Shown here in pieces: positions 15,622 through 20,000 of a DNA stretch of 20,000 bases. The notes beneath the pieces are model-generated. The model searched no databases. It saw only the letters and a list, made by a program, of their open reading frames with translations, and was not told the origin of the DNA. Positions within the stretch are counted from its first letter, which is position 1, and each line of letters opens with the position of its first letter. The stretch comes from an uncultured virus (IMG/VR IMGVR_UViG_3300031227_016742) (lineage: Duplodnaviria > Heunggongvirae > Uroviricota > Caudoviricetes), in IMG/VR virus record IMGVR_UViG_3300031227_016742. One strand, 5' to 3'. A program made the translations under genes and the position numbers.

Positions 15622-15647
15622 ACCGAGCGAGCGAAGCGAGCGCACCC

Positions 15648-18575
15648 ATGGGCGGCAGAAGCTACAGCAGCATCCTCACCGTTGGCGACATCGACATCTA
15701 CCAGGTGAGCGCCAACCCCAACGGGACGCTGCCCGGTCGTGCCGGCTCCATGGCCGTCCGCAACGGCGTGACCCCGCGCTACTACCAGAACACCGACGGT
15801 GCGATGGCATGGGTGCCCATCGCGCAACGGCCCGGGCAGACCATTGTCGTAGCCAAGAGCGGAGGCGACTACGACACCATCGAGGCCGGCGTGGCTGCTG
15901 CCAACGCCAGCCCTGACAACATGCTCGTCACGGTCTGCCCTGGAGACTACATCGAGAACAACCCCATCACGGTGGGGACGCACGTCACCGTCTCCTGCCC
16001 CGCCGCGCATGAGCAGACCAGGATGTTCTGCGCGAACACCGGAGCGGGCCAACATGGTGTGATCTGGGGGATCGACACCGAAGGGTTCGGGCTGCAGGTG
16101 CGAGGTGCGAGCGGCGCCGGGGCCGCTGGCCACTACTGGGGACCCACGGCCCACGACTCGGAGCTCCACGACTGTAAGTACAGAGACTGCGACTACGGAT
16201 TCCTCTCCGAAGCGAGCGCCGCCGATCCGGCCATCCTGGTCCGCGATCCGCACTGCTCGGGCGGAGCGTGCTCGGTGGCGTACGCGGTCAAGGCCAGCGG
16301 AAACATGGTGGTCACAGGCGCCGTCCAGACCAGCGCTGTCACCACCGGAACCTTCGCACTGGCCGACGGGGTCGGATCCAAGCTGACGATGTACGTCGCC
16401 CAGGTCGGAGGCACGCTCACCACCCGTGCCGCCGAGGTGAGCAACACGGCCGAGATGGAGCTGCAGGTCTTCCGCCTCGACGGCGCCGCTGAGGGTTTCT
16501 TCGTCCTGGGAACCGGCGGCCAGCTCTCTCTGGGCTCGACCCAGGTCACCAATGTCGCAGGCGACGAGGTCAACCTGGCGAACTCCGCCAACGTCTACGG
16601 ATTCCTCAACGACTGCTACATCGACTCCGACAAGATCGTCAAGGGGGCGGCCGCGACCCTCAGCGGCATCTACGAGTCCTCGAACACCTCCTCGAAGCCC
16701 GGCCCCACCGTCATCGGTGAACTGTGGCTGGGCTTGGACCCTGCTGTTCAGGTCCCTCTGTCCACCTACACCAGAGAAACAGCGGTGACGGGCTGGTTCT
16801 CGGGTGGCACCGTCACAACCAATGCGGGTCGCGTGCTGGATGTGGCCTCGGGCTCGGGGCCCATCAACACCGGCACCGGAGTCATCCAGGTCGACTGGAG
16901 CGCTACCCAGGTCACAGCCCCAGCGAACGGTGAGTTCTGGGTTTACGTCGACAACGCGGGAGCGGTGTCCGTCGCAGCAGTCGAGCCGAGCAACAACACG
17001 AATATTCTGTTGGCCGGCGGCTTCGCCAACGCGACCGACATCGTGTATCTGTCCAGCCACATCGTCCCGATCTCCCACGCCGTAGCGTCCAGGCACGAGT
17101 GGACGAAGGCCGTCATTGGCTCGATCTGGCAGTCCGGCCTCGTCACCACGACACCCGCCCTGCTCGAGCTGAGCATCTCTGGCGGCACCTACTACCGCTC
17201 CGATGTCCTGAAGACCGCGGCGGGTGCAGTCTCTGCCACGCTCACGACCTGGCACAACGACGGTAACTGGGTGCCGACGACGGGGGCGACGGGTGCGTCC
17301 AACACGCAGTACAACAACTTCGGTGTCGGACTCGCTGGCATCCCGGCCCTGGAGTACGCCAAGCACGCCCTGTGGGTCACGGTCGGTGGCGATGGAACCC
17401 AGTACCACCTCGTCTACGCTCAGACGACCTTCGCTGTCCAGGCGGACGCAGAAGCCGCTGCGCTTCCCACACCTCCAGGATGGTTCTCCGAGACCGGCAT
17501 GAAGCTGGCGGGACCTGTCGTGCGGGAGGGGACAGCAACGCTCATCTCGATCATCGACGAGCTTCCCGTCATCCAGACCGGAACACCGGGTACCGCGGTA
17601 GCGGCGACGAACCACAGCGCGCTGCTCAATCTCCCTGCCGACGACCACGCCCAGTACCTGCTGCTGGCTGGCGGAGCCATCCGAAACCCTGTCACCGGCA
17701 CTATCGACCTCGCTGGCGGCCAGGTCGTACTGCCCACCTCCGCGGCTCCGGCACAGACCGTTGACGGTCAGGCCGTCTGGGACAGTGTCACCAAGCAGCT
17801 GACGGTCGGCGACAGCGTGGCCCGCAGAGTCATGGTAGACACCAGCACTGCCCAGACCTTGAGCAACAAGACACTCTCGGCCCCAACCATCGGTGATGCC
17901 GGCAACATCGTCTCGGCCTCCACCATCGCCGAAGGCGTCGTCGAGGTGGCCACCCAGGCCGAGGTGGACACCGGCGCCGATGCGCTGCGTACCGTGAGCC
18001 CGGCGACCCTGGCGGCATCCAGCACTGTCATCAAGTCCGGACAGTCCGCAGGCGGAGACCTGGGCGGCAACTACCCGAACCCGACAGTGGTCGCAGCCTC
18101 GGAGGCAACAGCCGGCAAGATCGAGATCGCTACCCAGACCGAGGTGACGACGGGCACGAACGACACGCGAGCCATCACGCCGTTGAAGCTGGCAACAGCC
18201 ATGGTCTTCGGCAGGGACTTCCAGCAAGTGGCCGCCGAGGCCACCACGACCACGACAGCCGGTGCGTACACCACAAAGGTGACGCTGACCACGGGAGCGT
18301 TGACGGGCACCTACAGGGTCGCCTACAGCGCAGAAATCCAGGGAAGCGCCAAGGACAAGCAGATGAGCTGCAGGCTCTACAACTTGACAGACGCCGTGGA
18401 GTACTGCTTCGACTCGGGCGACAAGGAAGAGGCAAACCAGTGGGAGGAGAACTCTGGCTTCGCGTACGTCACCCTGGTCGGTGCCAGCAAGAACATCGCC
18501 GTCCAGTTCGCCTCTCCCGAAGGCATCACGGTGTCCTGTCGCAGAGCTCGTATCGAGTTCTGGCGAGTAGCGTAG
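15648..18575 (+). CDS. Mosaic tail fibre / receptor-binding-like virion protein (975 aa)
   Basis: T/G/A/V-rich. Two T4 gp34/gp12-type fibre repeats (GVVEVATQAEVDTGADALRTVSPATL and GKIEIATQTEVTTGTNDTRAITPLKL), plus HSALLNLPADDHAQYL, QTLSNKTLSAPTI and AGGDLGGNYPNPTV motifs common in phage fibres. VVAKSGGDYDTI...PGDYIE resembles a beta-helix N-cap. Confidence 0.8.
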   Translation: MGGRSYSSILTVGDIDIYQVSANPNGTLPGRAGSMAVRNGVTPRYYQNTDGAMAWVPIAQRPGQTIVVAKSGGDYDTIEAGVAAANASPDNMLVTVCPGDYIENNPITVGTHVTVSCPAAHEQTRMFCANTGAGQHGVIWGIDTEGFGLQVRGASGAGAAGHYWGPTAHDSELHDCKYRDCDYGFLSEASAADPAILVRDPHCSGGACSVAYAVKASGNMVVTGAVQTSAVTTGTFALADGVGSKLTMYVAQVGGTLTTRAAEVSNTAEMELQVFRLDGAAEGFFVLGTGGQLSLGSTQVTNVAGDEVNLANSANVYGFLNDCYIDSDKIVKGAAATLSGIYESSNTSSKPGPTVIGELWLGLDPAVQVPLSTYTRETAVTGWFSGGTVTTNAGRVLDVASGSGPINTGTGVIQVDWSATQVTAPANGEFWVYVDNAGAVSVAAVEPSNNTNILLAGGFANATDIVYLSSHIVPISHAVASRHEWTKAVIGSIWQSGLVTTTPALLELSISGGTYYRSDVLKTAAGAVSATLTTWHNDGNWVPTTGATGASNTQYNNFGVGLAGIPALEYAKHALWVTVGGDGTQYHLVYAQTTFAVQADAEAAALPTPPGWFSETGMKLAGPVVREGTATLISIIDELPVIQTGTPGTAVAATNHSALLNLPADDHAQYLLLAGGAIRNPVTGTIDLAGGQVVLPTSAAPAQTVDGQAVWDSVTKQLTVGDSVARRVMVDTSTAQTLSNKTLSAPTIGDAGNIVSASTIAEGVVEVATQAEVDTGADALRTVSPATLAASSTVIKSGQSAGGDLGGNYPNPTVVAASEATAGKIEIATQTEVTTGTNDTRAITPLKLATAMVFGRDFQQVAAEATTTTTAGAYTTKVTLTTGALTGTYRVAYSAEIQGSAKDKQMSCRLYNLTDAVEYCFDSGDKEEANQWEENSGFAYVTLVGASKNIAVQFASPEGITVSCRRARIEFWRVA

Positions 18576-18606
18576 CGCACGCTGCTCAACACGGGTCACC
18601 GCGACC

Positions 18607-18615
18607 TGATAGGCT
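18607..18615 (+). promoter_or_regulatory. Putative leaderless extended -10 (TGATAGGCT, 6 nt before ATG 18622)
   Basis: TG-A-TAGGCT-GAACCG-ATG with no SD sequence. Confidence 0.55.
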
Positions 18616-18621
18616 GAACCG

Positions 18622-19239
18622 ATGCTGCTCCCCTTGGCCGTCCTCGTCGCTGCTGCCGCCTCCCAAGCGGCCTCGGAGAGCTCCGGGGGCCAGGAGAGGG
18701 CCGAACTCGAGGAGAGACTCACAGGGCCACAGAAGACCCGTACGGCGCTCGTCATCGTACACCTGTCCTCCTTCGACGCCTACGCGGACCAAGCCGAGGA
18801 CATGGGCGACGACCTGGCCCGTGGGCTCATCTACGTCTTCGAACACGACAGGGACCTGCTCATCATTCTCGACCAGGGCCGGGAGCCAGAGAGCCGGAAC
18901 ATGAAGGCCATCCGCGAGTCACTGGACGACAGGATAGGGCGAGGCCTGCCGACTATCATCGAGTGGCACGACGAGAACTGTGAGATCGAAGATCTCCCCG
19001 AGCCCTTCGACGACCCCTGGGAGTGGCTCGAGATGTGGCTGCCCCCGCTGCTGAAGAAGAACGGCGTGACCAAGGTCCTGGTCGGTGGCGTCTGGTGGTA
19101 CAGGGACGACAGCTCCGGCTGCGTGAACCACGTCGAGAAGATCCTGCGAGAGTGGACAGTGGGAAAAGGCGGATTCCTCGAGTCGGTGACGGTGGACAGG
19201 GGCCTGGTGGGAGAGGATGAGGCGGGCGACCCTCAGTAG
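18622..19239 (+). CDS. Divergent cysteine hydrolase (isochorismatase-fold)-like protein with a hydrophobic leader
   Basis: TALVIVH (strand 1), LPPLLKKNGVTKVLVGG......GCV (catalytic Cys position) and VTVD follow the order of the isochorismatase fold. Confidence 0.5.
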   Translation: MLLPLAVLVAAAASQAASESSGGQERAELEERLTGPQKTRTALVIVHLSSFDAYADQAEDMGDDLARGLIYVFEHDRDLLIILDQGREPESRNMKAIRESLDDRIGRGLPTIIEWHDENCEIEDLPEPFDDPWEWLEMWLPPLLKKNGVTKVLVGGVWWYRDDSSGCVNHVEKILREWTVGKGGFLESVTVDRGLVGEDEAGDPQ

Positions 19240-20000
19240 CCGCTGCTCGCGGTCCAATAGGCCGGGCAGACCACGCCCTTGCTCTGCACCGCGGCCACCA
19301 GCTGGCGGGCCTGGGCCTCGGTCAGATGACGCTCACGGATGGTGAAGCCGTGCTCGTCCTTGCCCCCCTCGCCGCGGTAGACCATGGCGCCCCCATAGCC
19401 ACGACCCGTGCCATCGTTGGCGCCGCTCCAGCGCTTACCGTCGGTGTCGTGACCCTCGGTGACACAGCTGACGTACCAGAAGGCCCCCTGGTGTCCTGCA
19501 TTCATCTCGTAGCAGTTCACGCTCGTGACGGCGAAGAGCAGGTCGGCGGGGTCCATGCCACGCACGATGGGCCTGGAGAACTTCCGTCCCACATGCTCCC
19601 AGCACTCAGCGCCGTCTTCGGGGTCCCAGGAGATGCGGTCGTTCAGGACCACATCGGTGTAGCGGACCTCGCCACCCTTGCCGTCGACATAGACCTGCAT
19701 GGCCATGCCGGTCTGTATGGGGACGCTGACCATGTCGCTGATCTGCATGATGGTCCCGACATCCTTCTCGGCCTCGTTGGGGCCCACGTAGCCCGGTCCC
19801 CTGCTGGCCATGTAGGCCGCGGTGACCTCGCCGGTGAACTCCACGTAGACCCACTTGGGCTTGGGCTCGAGCGCCACCACCGGGTAGCGGCCCGGGGGAG
19901 CCACGATGGTGTGGAACCACGAGGCGGTCTCGTAGTGCTGGGTGACCTCGCGGGGGTCGGGGATGTCGACATAGCCGACGATGACGGGGAAGAGGGCCAT
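19233..20000 (-). CDS. Hypothetical protein (255 aa; true start may lie beyond the window)
   Basis: Long ORF with protein-like composition and GC-rich third positions. It converges on 18622..19239 with a 7-bp overlap. Confidence 0.7.
   Translation of the reverse strand: MALFPVIVGYVDIPDPREVTQHYETASWFHTIVAPPGRYPVVALEPKPKWVYVEFTGEVTAAYMASRGPGYVGPNEAEKDVGTIMQISDMVSVPIQTGMAMQVYVDGKGGEVRYTDVVLNDRISWDPEDGAECWEHVGRKFSRPIVRGMDPADLLFAVTSVNCYEMNAGHQGAFWYVSCVTEGHDTDGKRWSGANDGTGRGYGGAMVYRGEGGKDEHGFTIRERHLTEAQARQLVAAVQSKGVVCPAYWTASSGY

Noticed and set aside
15543..18755. 1070-aa minus-strand ORF
   Set aside because: Antisense shadow of the fibre gene, with an R/G/D/V-rich composition typical of the complementary frame.
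1..20000. Stop-codon reassignment, diversity-generating retroelement, introns or inteins
   Set aside because: TGA and TAG both end genes at tight overlaps under code 11. I saw no reverse transcriptase, no template/variable repeat pair, and no split genes or intein motifs.

Overview
High-GC, densely coding window that reads as part of a large tailed-phage (or phage-like/megaplasmid) genome. It has a 975-aa mosaic tail-fibre-like protein, a GP88-like Cys-rich protein, a phage-type metallophosphoesterase and many short hypotheticals joined by ATGA/GTGA/TGATG overlaps. I saw no rRNA, tRNA, CRISPR array or transposase. Two genes resemble myxobacterial proteins as I remember them (a degenerate AglR/TolQ-like protein and a GYF_2-like domain), which hints at a Myxococcota host. 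Main points of interest: (1) a minus-strand array of three PcfJ-domain paralogues plus one ADP-ribosyltransferase-like gene that share a ~30-50-aa N-terminal leader, three of them starting 6 nt after a TAGG(A/C)(T/A) -10-like box; (2) a 40-aa ORF missing from the ORF track (12717..12839), with a YEKP leader and a CxxCxxCxxC tail like a RiPP precursor, coupled to an HExxH membrane protein; (3) a repeated CGTG(C/T)TAnnnT extended -10 promoter motif, twice next to 7-bp tandem arrays. All family calls come from motif recognition by eye, with no database search.
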